NCBI GenBank assembly: GCA_963827655.1
Contig: CAWHCF010000040.1
Location: forward strand, 10,472-74,471
Reading direction: 5' to 3'
DNA from: an uncultured Acidobacteriota bacterium
Lineage (GTDB): Bacteria > Acidobacteriota > UBA6911
DNA: 64,000 nt
In this document: piece by piece, positions 20,692-31,135 of the stretch
Position numbering within the stretch: the stretch's first letter is position 1
Layout: the number at the start of each line of letters is the position of its first letter
Made by a program: the position numbers and the translations under genes
The notes under the pieces: model-generated
Told to the model about the DNA's origin: nothing
Databases searched by the model: none
Seen by the model: the letters and a program-made list of their open reading frames with translations, nothing else

Positions 20692-23600
20692 ATGAAGCGA
20701 ATTGGAATACGGCGCGCGCTGGAAGCCGCTTTCGTGTCGCTGGGAGTATGGGTAATTGTGATCTGCTCGGCGATTCCAGCGCGCGCTCAGAGCCCTTATC
20801 AGCAGTATCAGTCCGAACTCAGGCCTCGCCGGAGGCCCGGCTTTCACCCTGACAGTCAACGGTTCGGGATTCAACGGTCCTATGCAGTCGGGAGCAGATT
20901 CGCAGGTCCGCTGGAACGGGAGCGCTCGAACTACGACATTCGTCAGCGTGACCAGTCTCACAGCGACTGATTACCGCCGCCGACATCGCCACTGCGGGCA
21001 CGGCCACCGTTCAGGTTTTCAACCGGGGGGGGCGGGCTTCAAACCCGGTAACCTTCACCATCAATAATCCGCCGCCGGCAATTTCGAGCATTAGCCCGAC
21101 TTCTGCAATAGCCGGAGGTGCGGCTTTCACCCTCACGGTCAATGGTTCAAATTTCATGAGTGGAGCGGTCGTTCGCTGGAACGGGTCCGATCGGACGACG
21201 TCGGGTAGCGGCGGCAGTCAACGTACGGCCTCGATTCCGGCGAGCGACATCGCCGCGGCTGGTACGGCCAGCATTACGGTCGTCAACCCGGGCGGCGGTA
21301 CCTCAAACGCAGCGACCTTTACGATCAATAACCCGTCCCCGACGCTCGCCAGCATCAGCCCTAACTCTGCAACAGCCGGAGGTGGGGCTTTCACCCTCAC
21401 GGTCACTGGCTCGAATTTCGTCAATGGTTCGGTGGTTCGCTGGAACCTTGGAAACCGTATCGACGACGTTCGGTAGCGCCACGAGTCTTACAGCCTCGAT
21501 TCCGGCGAGCGATATCGCCGCGGCAGGAACCGCTTCGGTCACGGTTTTGAATCCGGCTCCGGGGGGCGGGGCGTCGAGCGCCGTAAACTTTACCATCAAT
21601 AACCCCACGCCGGTGATTTCGGGCATCAACCCGAATTCGGCTCTCGCCGGGAGCGCGGGTTTTACCCTTACGGTCGATGGCTCCGGTTTTGTCAGTGGCT
21701 CCATCGTTCGCTGGCAAGGGGGCCGATCGGCCCACCTCGGGTAGCGGCACGAATCAACGTACGGCGACGATACCGGCCAGCGACATTGCCACGGCCGGAC
21801 CGCGCACCGTAACCGTGTTCAATCCAGGCCGGGGGGCGGCACTTCAAACGGCGTGACGTTTAACGTCACGCAGAATCCCACGCCGGCCATTGGCGGCATC
21901 GCTCCGAATTCGGCGACGGCTGGGGGCGGAGATTTCACCCTGACGGTGGGCGGCAACAACTTCATTACGACCTCGGTGGTTCGCTGGAACGGCGCGCCCC
22001 GGCCTACAACTTTCAATAGCAGTTCGGAGCTGACGGCCGTGATTTCGTCCGGCGACATCGCCGCGGCAGGATCGGCGAACGTCACGGTCCTCAATCCGGC
22101 TCCCGGCGGAGGGACGTCGAACGCCGTTAGCTTTGCCATCAACAATCCCTCCCCTCAAATCTCGGCCATCAACCCTTCCTCGGCCACTGCGGGCGGCGCG
22201 GCGTTCACCCTTACCGTAACCGGCGCCGGCTTCGTCCCCGGCTCCGTAGTCCGGTGGAATGGTACCGATCGATCGACAAGCTTCGGCGGCAGCAGTCAAT
22301 TGACGGCATCGATTCCAGCCAGCGATATTGCCGCGGGCGGCTCCGCCGCGGTCACCGTCGTCAATCCTGCCCCCGGGGGTGGCACCTCGAACGATGCGCC
22401 TTTTACGATCAATAACCCGGCCCCTACCCTCGGCAGCATCAACCCGACCTCGGCAACAGCCGGAGGTGCCGGCTTCACCCTCACGGTCAGCGGCTCGAAT
22501 TTTGTCAGCGGAGCCGTCGTTCGCTGGAACGGAGCCGACCGGACGACCACGGGCAGCGGCACTCAGCTTACGGCAACGATACCGGCGAGCGACATCGCCA
22601 CGGGCGGCACGGCCAGCATCACGGTGGTCAAACCCGGGTCCGGGGGGCGGCGCTTCAAACGCAGCGAGTTTTACGATCAATAACCCTGTCCCCGTACTGG
22701 CGAGCATCAACCCGACTTCTGCAACAACGGGAGGGGCGGCTTTCACCCTCACGGTCACGGGCTCGAGTTTCGTCAGCGGCGCCGTGGTTCGCTGGAACGG
22801 AGCCGATCGGCCGACCACGGGCAGCGGCAGTCAACTTGCGGCAACGATACCGGCGAGCGACATCGCCGCGGGCGGCACGGCCAGCATCACGGTGGTAAAC
22901 CCGGGTCCCGGGGGCGGCGCCTCAAGCGCAGCGACGCTTTACCATCAATAACCCCGTACCCGTGCTTGCGAGTATCAACCCGACTTCTGCAATCACGGGA
23001 GGTGCGGCTTTCACCCTCACGGTCACGGGCTCGAGTTTCGTCAGTGGATCCGTGGTTCGCTGGAACGGAGCCGATCGGCCGACCACGGGCAGCGACAGTC
23101 AACTTACGGCAGCGATACCGGCGAGCGACATCGCCGCGGGTGGCACGGCCAGCATCACGGTCTTCAACCCGGCTCCGGCGGGCGGGACTTCAAGCGCAGT
23201 GAGCTTTACCATCAGCAATACTCTGCCAACCATCTCCGCTCTCAATCCGGCCTCGGTGATAGCCGGGGGGCCGGCTTTCAACCTCGCGGTCGCCGGTACG
23301 AATTTTGTCAGTGGATCTATCGTTCGCTGGAACGGGGCCGATCGGCCTACAACGTTCGGCAACAGTACCCAGTTGACGGCAGCGATCCCGGCCAGCGACA
23401 TCGCCGCGGCAGGGACCGCCAACATAACGGTCTCCAATCCTGCTCCCGGCGGCGGCGTCTCCAGTCCCGCAACACTTGCGATTACCAACCCGACTCCCAC
23501 TATCACCGGCATTGCTCCGAATTCAGCGATAAGCGGTGGCGGGCCCTTCACCCTGGTGGTGAACGGAACCAATTTTGTCGGTGGATCCATTGTCCGATGG

Positions 23601-25244
23601 AATGGGTCGGATCGATCGACCGTCTTTGGCACCAATAACCAGATCTCGGCATCGATTCCGGCCAGCGATCTTGCAACCGGAGGAACTTCAAGCGTCACTG
23701 TCTTCAATCCCGGTCCGGGAGGAGGGTCTTCCAATGCAGTAAGCTTCCAGGTCAATAATCCGGTGCCGGCTATCAGCGGGCTCAGCCCCGGTTCTGCAAC
23801 AGCGGGAAGCGGGGCGTTCAGCCTCACGATCAGCGGCACAGGTTTTATATCCGCCTCCGTGGTTCGCTGGAACGGAGCGGAGCGGCCGACGACGTCCACC
23901 AGCGCCACGCTGCTGACGGCGACGATTCCGGCCAGCGATATTGCGGCTCCGGGCAGCGCAGTCATAACCGTATCGAATCCGGCCCCGGTTGGAGGGACTT
24001 CGAATGCGGTGACGTTCACGATCACGAGCGGGAACCCGCTGCCGACGATCACCACCCTCAGTCCGAATTTGGCCGGGGCTGGAGGCCCCGCCTTTACCCT
24101 TACGGTAAACGGCACCGGCTTTGTCTCAAACTCCGTGGTGCGCTGGAACGGGGCAGACCGAACGACAAGTTTTGTGAGCGACACACAGTTGAACGCGGCG
24201 ATTCCGGCCAGCGACATCGCCACGATCGGTACGGCGAATGTGACGGTCGTCAGTCCAGCACCCGGAGGAGGTACGTCGAACGCAGTCACGTTCTCGATCG
24301 TTGCGGCGAACCCCGTGCCGGCGATCACGCGACTCGATCCGGCGTCGACGCCAGCCGGCGGGCCGGCTTTTACCCTGACCGTGATTGGAACCGGCTTCGT
24401 CAACACATCCGCAGTTCGCTGGAACGGCGCGGACCGGCCCACGACCTTCACTAGCGGCACGGAACTGAGAGCCTCGATCCCGGCGAGCGACATTGCCACC
24501 GCCGGCGTCGCAACTATCACTGTCTTCAGCCCCTCGCCTGGCGGGGGGGCTTCGAATGCTCAGAGTTTCACGATTCTGGGCGCCGGCGTCAGTATCAACG
24601 GCCTATCCGACACGCTCGAATCTCTCCAGCAACCGAGTATCAACCTGACGGTTGCCACGCCGCGGCCGGTCGCGGTCTCAGGCCGTATGGTCCTGGTGTT
24701 CACGGGTCCTACCGATGACCCGGCGGTCCAGTTTGAAGGAGGAGGAAGGACGGTCAATTTCACGATTCCGGCTAATGCCACGCAGGCAATATTCTCCGGC
24801 AATGCCACCAGCACTTCGCTTCAGACCGGAACCACCGCCGGAACCATCACCCTGGAGGCTGTTCCTGACGGCATGCTCGGTTCCACTCGGACGGGAACGG
24901 TAAGCCGGCGTGCTCCCCGAATTACCAGCCTCACGATAGGCTCTCGAACGTCCTCGAGCTTCCAGCTGGTCATGGTCGGATTTTCCAACATCCGAAATCT
25001 GACTCAGGGGGTATTTCGCTTTACCGGAAGAGCGGGAACCAATCTGCAGACCAGCTCGCTGACGGTCGACCTTAGCAGTGCGTTCGCCGCCTGGTACCAG
25101 AGCGCAGCCTCCGCGCCGTTCGGAAGCCAGTTCAGGCTGGTGCTCCCCTTCAACGTGCAAGGTGATATAAACGCCATCGGCTCAGTTTCGGTGACGCTGA
25201 CCAATGCGGAGGGAACCTCCGAGCAAGTTACCGTCAACTTCTGA
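20692..25244 (+). CDS. Large surface protein with 14 IPT/TIG repeats and a ~220-aa C-terminal domain (several frameshifts)
   Basis: 14 VRWNG-type repeats ~270 nt apart (20905-24420); signal peptide at 20692; C-terminus [22 protein letters not shown]. Confidence 0.85.
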
Positions 25245-25292
25245 CCCGCAAAACAAATACCACCAAGACACGAAGACGCGAAGAAACACTAA

Positions 25293-25370
25293 GGTTCGTT
25301 CGGGGACTTCGCCCCGAACGAAGGCCCTTGTGAACGAAAACATGTTGGTTTGAACGTTTCACCAAGCACC
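25293..25370. mobile_element. 78-bp REP/MITE-like element, copy 2
   Basis: Same hairpin and TAA flanks as the 17476 copy. Confidence 0.75.
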
Positions 25371-25744
25371 TAAGAATCAGCCAAAACTCTATCAACTGCG
25401 TCGGCCACGTCTCCCAGCGCGAAGGGTCGCGACAAGACAGCTGCCCAGGCAAAATCCCGGACCAGCGGGTCATTCAGCTCCAGAACGCTCGCGAGCGCGA
25501 TCACCGGTATCTTTGAATCAGTCAGCGCTTCCAGAGCGGAAGGGGTGAGAACCTGATCGCGCAGCTCCAGGACGATGGCCCGGGGCTTACGGAGGTCAGA
25601 ACCCTGGACCGCGGCCATAGCCTTGTCGAGTTCCAGAAAACCGACGGCGTCGTACCCGCGTTCGATCAACTCCGCTCTCAAGCAGGCGCGCGGCCACTGC
25701 TCGCTATCAACGATCCATACGATGACTTCGTGTTTCGGGTGCAT
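25370..25744 (-). CDS. Atypical single-domain receiver (CheY-like) protein
   Basis: VWIVDSE, IVLEL, IPVIAL, RPF pattern; phospho-Asp is replaced by Glu. Confidence 0.55.
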   Translation of the reverse strand: MHPKHEVIVWIVDSEQWPRACLRAELIERGYDAVGFLELDKAMAAVQGSDLRKPRAIVLELRDQVLTPSALEALTDSKIPVIALASVLELNDPLVRDFAWAAVLSRPFALGDVADAVDRVLADS

Positions 25745-25806
25745 GAATCGGCTGTCGGAGCTTCCACGGTCGTGGCCGCAGAGACCCGAAGTCTCGTTGC
25801 GCGGGC

Positions 25807-27039
25807 TCACTTGAACATGTTAATGCAAGCGGTGATGATGAGCGCGTTGGTGAAGTCTATGAAGAAAGCGCCCACCATCGGAACGACAAGGAAGGCTCGA
25901 GGGGCCGGGCCAAAGCGCTCGACGAGAGCTTCCATGTTGGCCATGGCATTAGCCGTCGTGCCGAGCATGAAGCCGACAAATCCCCCTCCCATCACTGCCG
26001 CGTCGTAGTCGCGTCCCATCAGTTGAAATATCGGCCAGAAACAAACCAGGGCTACGATCGCGACCTGAACCACCAGTATCAGGAGCAGAGGGATGGCCAG
26101 TCCGGCGAGCTTCCAGAGCTCGAGGGTCATGATCGCGAGAACAAGGAAGAGAGAAAGCGCTACATTGCCGATGTCGTCGATGGTCCGCTGCGAAAGATTG
26201 ATCCAGTGGGTAAGATCATCGAAGTTGCGGATGACGGCGGCCGTCAGCATGGCTCCGATGTATGCGGGCAACGTGACGTTCATAGACGCAAACCAGCCGC
26301 TGACCCACGAACCAATCCACATTGCGATCAGGATCACGACCAGATTCTTCAGGAGCAGGTAGGATTCCTTGTCCTCGCCTGAAGGAGCTGCGGTCGGCGC
26401 TTCCGGCGTCTGGTTTTCGACTATGTTTTCCGCCGTGGGCACTTCGAGATCGAGCGGCCTGGCCCGAGGTTTCCTCAGAGTGTGGCGCTCGATGAGAAAG
26501 GTGCCGACCGGGCCGCCGACCAGGCCTCCCGAGATGATGCCTCCCATCGCGACCGCAACCGCAACGGTAGCGGCACCCGGCACGCCTGCTTGCTCGAAGA
26601 GGGGAGCGAAAGCCAGTCCGGTCGCCGGACCGCCGGTCAGCGTGACCGATCCGGCCAGGATGCCGAAGAGAGGATGCAGCCCGAGCGGCAGGGCAACCAA
26701 AACACCGGCCAGGTTCTGCACGATGGCGAAAACAGTTGCCGCGAGGAAGAACAGAATCACCTGCGGTCCTCCGATGCGGAGCAGCGCCAGGCTGGCGCCG
26801 AAACCGATGGTGGTAAAGAAGGCGATATTCAGCGGATCGCGCAGGGTGGTATCGAACTGAAAGAGTGAAATCTCGAACCGTCGCGCTATCAGGAGCGCGA
26901 CGGCCACGAGCAGGCCGCCGATGATGGGGGCCGGGATGTTGTAACGCGCGAGCGGGCGAATCGCGCGCCGGACTGCATAGCCGATAAAGAGCGCGACGCC
27001 CGCAAAAGCCACGGTATGGACCGAGTTGAGTGTAAGGAT
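25807..27039 (-). CDS. gltS: Sodium/glutamate symporter (start appears to be ATC after AGGAGG)
   Basis: YNIPAPIIGG, FFTTIGF, GTTANAMANM, FLVVPMVGAFFID. Confidence 0.88.
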   Translation of the reverse strand: MLTLNSVHTVAFAGVALFIGYAVRRAIRPLARYNIPAPIIGGLLVAVALLIARRFEISLFQFDTTLRDPLNIAFFTTIGFGASLALLRIGGPQVILFFLAATVFAIVQNLAGVLVALPLGLHPLFGILAGSVTLTGGPATGLAFAPLFEQAGVPGAATVAVAVAMGGIISGGLVGGPVGTFLIERHTLRKPRARPLDLEVPTAENIVENQTPEAPTAAPSGEDKESYLLLKNLVVILIAMWIGSWVSGWFASMNVTLPAYIGAMLTAAVIRNFDDLTHWINLSQRTIDDIGNVALSLFLVLAIMTLELWKLAGLAIPLLLILVVQVAIVALVCFWPIFQLMGRDYDAAVMGGGFVGFMLGTTANAMANMEALVERFGPAPRAFLVVPMVGAFFIDFTNALIITACINMFK

Positions 27040-27136
27040 AACTCCTCCTGGGTAAATGCTCTGATGTTTACATTCGATGTACTTCGAAGATCCTGGATTG
27101 TATTTCTGGCTTGGCAGCGCCAACAATCCGGAGACG

Positions 27137-27667
27137 CTACGGAAGTGAGTTGTCGCTCGTAATTTCATCGATTGCGTCCCGGGCCTTCTGTTCAATCTCG
27201 GCAGAAGTCTGGTCCTGAATTGGGTGGGGAACATAAACGGGGTCATAGTCCGGCCTTCCGAGCGCGCTCCCCTGAGCGCGCGCAGCGGTCGTGAACTCGT
27301 CGGTGGCAACTGATACCGTTGGTATGCCGAGATTCTCGAGCCTGATGGCATCGTGCAAACTGCACGTCGTGCAGGATCCTCAATCGGCCAATGCCTCAAC
27401 GACTGCGTTCGGACGGCTGCTCAGCAGCCGTTGAACCATTTCATCAGGCGCCGGCCTGGTAAACGTCGGCTTGGTTTCTCGGATGACTCGTTCGACATGA
27501 TGGCGCTCCTTGAGCAGCCGCTCGATGGCATCGAGAAAAACCTTCCCACCCGGCTTGCTGATATCCAGCAGCGCGACAGTCTTTCCGCGCAGGCTTTCCA
27601 GGCGAGGCGCCGGACTTGACCGCGCCCGCCTGGTTTCGTCCATCGGGTTCACCAGGATTGTCTTCAT
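27137..27667 (-). CDS. UGSC-family selenoprotein; in-frame TGA at 27380-27382 read as Sec
   Basis: Two ORF-track ORFs join in frame as EALAD-U-GSCTTCSLHDA; GGAGG RBS at MKTILV. Confidence 0.85.
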
Positions 27668-27759
27668 GGTTTTTGTTTCCTTCCTCCGATCATTACGCCG
27701 CCAGAGCAACGCCAAAACCGCCAAGGCACGACGCGTCTCTGGGCCGCAGCCAAATAACA

Positions 27760-27824
27760 GCCACGGATTACACGAATTTCACGAACTCTAGAATTGGCTC
27801 GGTGAAATTCGTGTAATCCGTGGC
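27760..27824. repeat. Perfect 23-bp inverted repeat built from 9-mer units
   Basis: GCCACGGATTACACGAATTTCAC ... GTGAAATTCGTGTAATCCGTGGC. Confidence 0.9.
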
Positions 27825-27903
27825 AGATGCTTTTGCTCCCTGCTTGTGGAAAATCTTGCCCAGACAACAAGATGTTTCCCCTTGTTATACGAAGCCCGCG
27901 CGG

Positions 27904-29512
27904 TCACTGGATGGGATACGTGACCATTTGGCTCCCGCGAGGCCCCGTGGCCCAACTTCCGATCACAGCCGAGAATTTGCCGGCCGTTCCGCCGGCGACG
28001 ACGATCTTGATGCCATTGCGCTCCCGAAACTTTCGATAACACGGCTCGCCGTCGATCGTGATCCGGTCGTAAGATTTTATGGACTGTGTCCCCTCACCGG
28101 TCGACTCGGAGAAGGCCTTCTCGGAGAATCGCGGTATGCTGGAAGAGATAGTCACGCACATCTTCCTTGGTGAAACCGTCTCGCTCTAAGGTCTTGACGT
28201 GTTCGGGGCAGAGCACCACGATGGCTTCATAGCTGGAGCAGACCAGGTAAGTCCCTATGGTGGCCAAAGTGCGGGAAATCGCTTTCAGCACATCCCGGCC
28301 CCGGCGGGCGTTGTGTTCACTTACGCCTCGCGGAGGCTCGGCGCCGAACAGGGTTATTGTGCTCTGGGTTGCCTGGAATCCGAGATCGACGTGGAAAGGC
28401 GGCCAGGGGCTCTCCTCTTCGTTTTCCGCGATACAGTATGAAAACTTACCCGGGTTGCCGAGTGTGGACATGTCGATCTCGCCCGGACGGGCGCCGCCCA
28501 GGTTGACCAGGACCAGTTGCAACGCCCGCCCGAGCGTGCTGTTCGCCCGGGCGACGTTGCTCAAGACGTTGCTGCGACAGGCAAAGCCAAGCTCATCGCG
28601 AATCGGACCATTGACGATGACGAGCGGCGCAGCAAAATGGGTTGTGGCCTGGATGCCGTGCAGGTTGAGTCGCTCGTCGCAGGCGGCCCTGATCGTCGGG
28701 AGCAGAACGCGCATCATTCGGGGATCACATCCGGCCATGACGGCGTTGGCGGCAATCTTCTCAACCGTGGCAGCGCCGTAATTCGGAGGGACGTGGCCCA
28801 CGATCATATCAGGGTCAAGCGTGGTTGCTTCGAGCATGCGCTCGACTCGCTCGACCGTCGGGGGCACCACGGGAAGAGGATCACCAAACGTCCTCATGCA
28901 GTACTCGTAGGGATCGATCGCATCATCCAGCTCGAGCCGCGTTGCCCGTGAGCCGCGGGTCACATGGAAGGGCAGGGTGGCCGGATCAATTTGCGGGAAG
29001 TGTCTGGAGCCTGTCTGCTCCAGATGACGCGAGGCGCAACCCGGCTTGCGATCCGGCGCCCCGTCATGAGCCGATGCGATCGTCACAGGCCTGGCCCCCA
29101 GTTCCTGGCACATCAACGCGGCAGCGGTGTTCAGGCCCTCTTTGTCGAAGCCGACCAGGGAATAGGCAAGTCTTCCGTCGCGATTCACCAGATAGAGTGC
29201 CGGGACTGAAACGGGGTTGTATTGCTGCGAGATAACCAGCTCGGTGTCGAGCGCGACCGGGAACCGAACCTGCGCCTGCTGTATCAGGCGGCGTGTTGCC
29301 GACTCCCCATCCTGGGAGATTGCGACAATCCTTTCCGAGTCATTTCCGAGCGCTTGCGCCAGACGCATCAGATAAGGAAGGGTGAGCTGGCACGTCGGGC
29401 AATCGGTTTCAAAGAACAGGAGGAGGGTTGGCTCGCCGGCCTTGCGCTCCCAGGTACTTCCATCGAGGCGCGGAAGTGAAAAGGAGGGCGCAGGATCGCC
29501 GAGCTGAAGCAT
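27904..29512 (-). CDS. Redoxin (AhpC/TSA, CPTC) fused to a UGSC-associated domain (frameshift near 28125)
   Basis: GDPAPSFSL and FETDCPTC; PLPVVPPT, EKIAANAVMAGC, RANSTLGRAL, AENEEESPW; tail IVVAGGTAGKFS in the other frame. Confidence 0.8.
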
Positions 29513-29866
29513 CGATTTCTTTACCTCTTTGCTCTAAGAGTTCGTGACATGGTCTTTCAGCGCACCGCTGCGCTCGGGGGTTAAAATAACACCAAGACGA
29601 GAGGGCACAAAGCAATTCCGAGGTTCGGGCCAGATGTCCGACGTGGCGAAGCAAGCTTCGCCCTGGAGATTGGACTCTTGGGTATCTTTGATCGAGCTTC
29701 AGAGTACTGTTCATTCAGCGCGCCGAGGGTGTGACACCCGAACCTCGAGCAAGGCAACAGCCGTCGACGAGCCCGTGCACGACCACGTCGACGTCCACGT
29801 TGCCTCAAGGCCCGGGGTAGCAAGCTTCCGCCCGGGTACAAGTACGCAAACCACGCTGGATGGAGT

Positions 29867-31135
29867 TCAGACGTCAACTACTGCATTGCGATTTCCCCGC
29901 GCGAGTGACAGGCTGCTTTCCTTCCTGGAAAGACGCGAGAGACGGTAGGTGAGCCTTTCCTGCCATTTGCCATAATGCTCGGCCGTGAGACGGCGCTGGC
30001 GCAGCGCCGCTTGCAAAACTTCCAGGGCCTCGCGAGTAACGGCGGCGGCGCGTTCGGGCTCGCCGGCGCGGTGCTCGTAGTAAATTGCGAGCTGCTCGTA
30101 GGCATCGAGTCCATCGATATCCTCTCCCAGAAGCTCCTTCCAGAGCGACGTTGCGCGCGCATAATCGCGCTGCCGCTTGGCAAGAAGCGCGAGTTCTCCT
30201 CGAGCGATGCGGTCGATCGCCTCAGGGAGCCCACAGCTAAGCGCGCGCTCGTAGAGAGAACGAGCCGCCGGACCTTCGCCGCGCCGGCCAAGCAGCCTCG
30301 AAAGACAATAGAGATCGAGGGCATCACCCTCGGCTAGTTGCGGCTGCTCGAGGATGGAGAGGATGCGCGCCGCCAGCGCAGCCAGTCCACGCAGGTCCGT
30401 CTGGTTATGCCGGAACACGTCGGCCAGCGGCTCCACGGGTCCCCCTCTGAGGAACCCGAAATACCGGTGAGGAATCAGCTCTGCAGGAACGTCTTGACGG
30501 CGCTTCATTGCCAGCACCCGTGACTCGAGCTCAACCAGCCGGACCGAACCCAGCCGAAGCCGCCAGAGCTGCCTGGCCGGATAGAGGAGATCAAAATGCG
30601 CCAGAGGTTGGGGAAGCGCCGCGGCCCGCGTCATCCGGTAGCGAGTTTCGATCAGGGGCCAATCGAAACTCTTTCCGTTAAATGTAACCAGGATGCGCCG
30701 CTCGCACAGCCGTTCAGAAAGCGCGAGCAAAATCGAAGCCTCCTCGCGATGATCGCGCATGAAAAGCTGTTCCACGATGAGCGAGCCGTTTTCCCACCAG
30801 GCCATGCCGACCAGGAACGCGTAGGTGCCGCTGCCGCCGGACAGGCCCGTGGTCTCGACGTCAAGAAGGAGCCACCGGTGGAGTTCCACAGCCTCTTCTC
30901 CAGCATCGGGGACCAGCAGACGGAGCGCGCGAATTCCAGGCTGGCAGACGGGAGGGTCGCTAAATTGGCTGCGCACGAGCAGGTGCTCGCCAAGGTGGTT
31001 GCTTCGGCAGGCGCCGGCGACCAACCGGGCGAGCCGCTCGGAATGCAGCGGGGACCCGCCGGCGCCGGGACGAATTGCGGGAGCAGCGGGGCGCAGCGCA
31101 GCCAGACGCTGAAGTTTATCGCGTAGTGTGAGCAT
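29867..31135 (-). CDS. YprB/MrfB-like RNase H-fold exonuclease with TPRs
   Basis: DVETTGLSGGSG, VTFNGKSFDWP, HNQTDL, LAIYYEH. Confidence 0.88.
   Translation of the reverse strand: MLTLRDKLQRLAALRPAAPAIRPGAGGSPLHSERLARLVAGACRSNHLGEHLLVRSQFSDPPVCQPGIRALRLLVPDAGEEAVELHRWLLLDVETTGLSGGSGTYAFLVGMAWWENGSLIVEQLFMRDHREEASILLALSERLCERRILVTFNGKSFDWPLIETRYRMTRAAALPQPLAHFDLLYPARQLWRLRLGSVRLVELESRVLAMKRRQDVPAELIPHRYFGFLRGGPVEPLADVFRHNQTDLRGLAALAARILSILEQPQLAEGDALDLYCLSRLLGRRGEGPAARSLYERALSCGLPEAIDRIARGELALLAKRQRDYARATSLWKELLGEDIDGLDAYEQLAIYYEHRAGEPERAAAVTREALEVLQAALRQRRLTAEHYGKWQERLTYRLSRLSRKESSLSLARGNRNAVVDV

Noticed and set aside
20800-24560. Regular ~270-bp repeats as a CRISPR or non-coding array
   Set aside because: They are coding IPT/TIG domain repeats with third-position variation; there are no unique spacers or cas genes.
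27040-27399. 120-aa N-terminal extension of gltS in the ORF track
   Set aside because: It overlaps the 3' half of the selenoprotein gene in another frame and has no GltS character.
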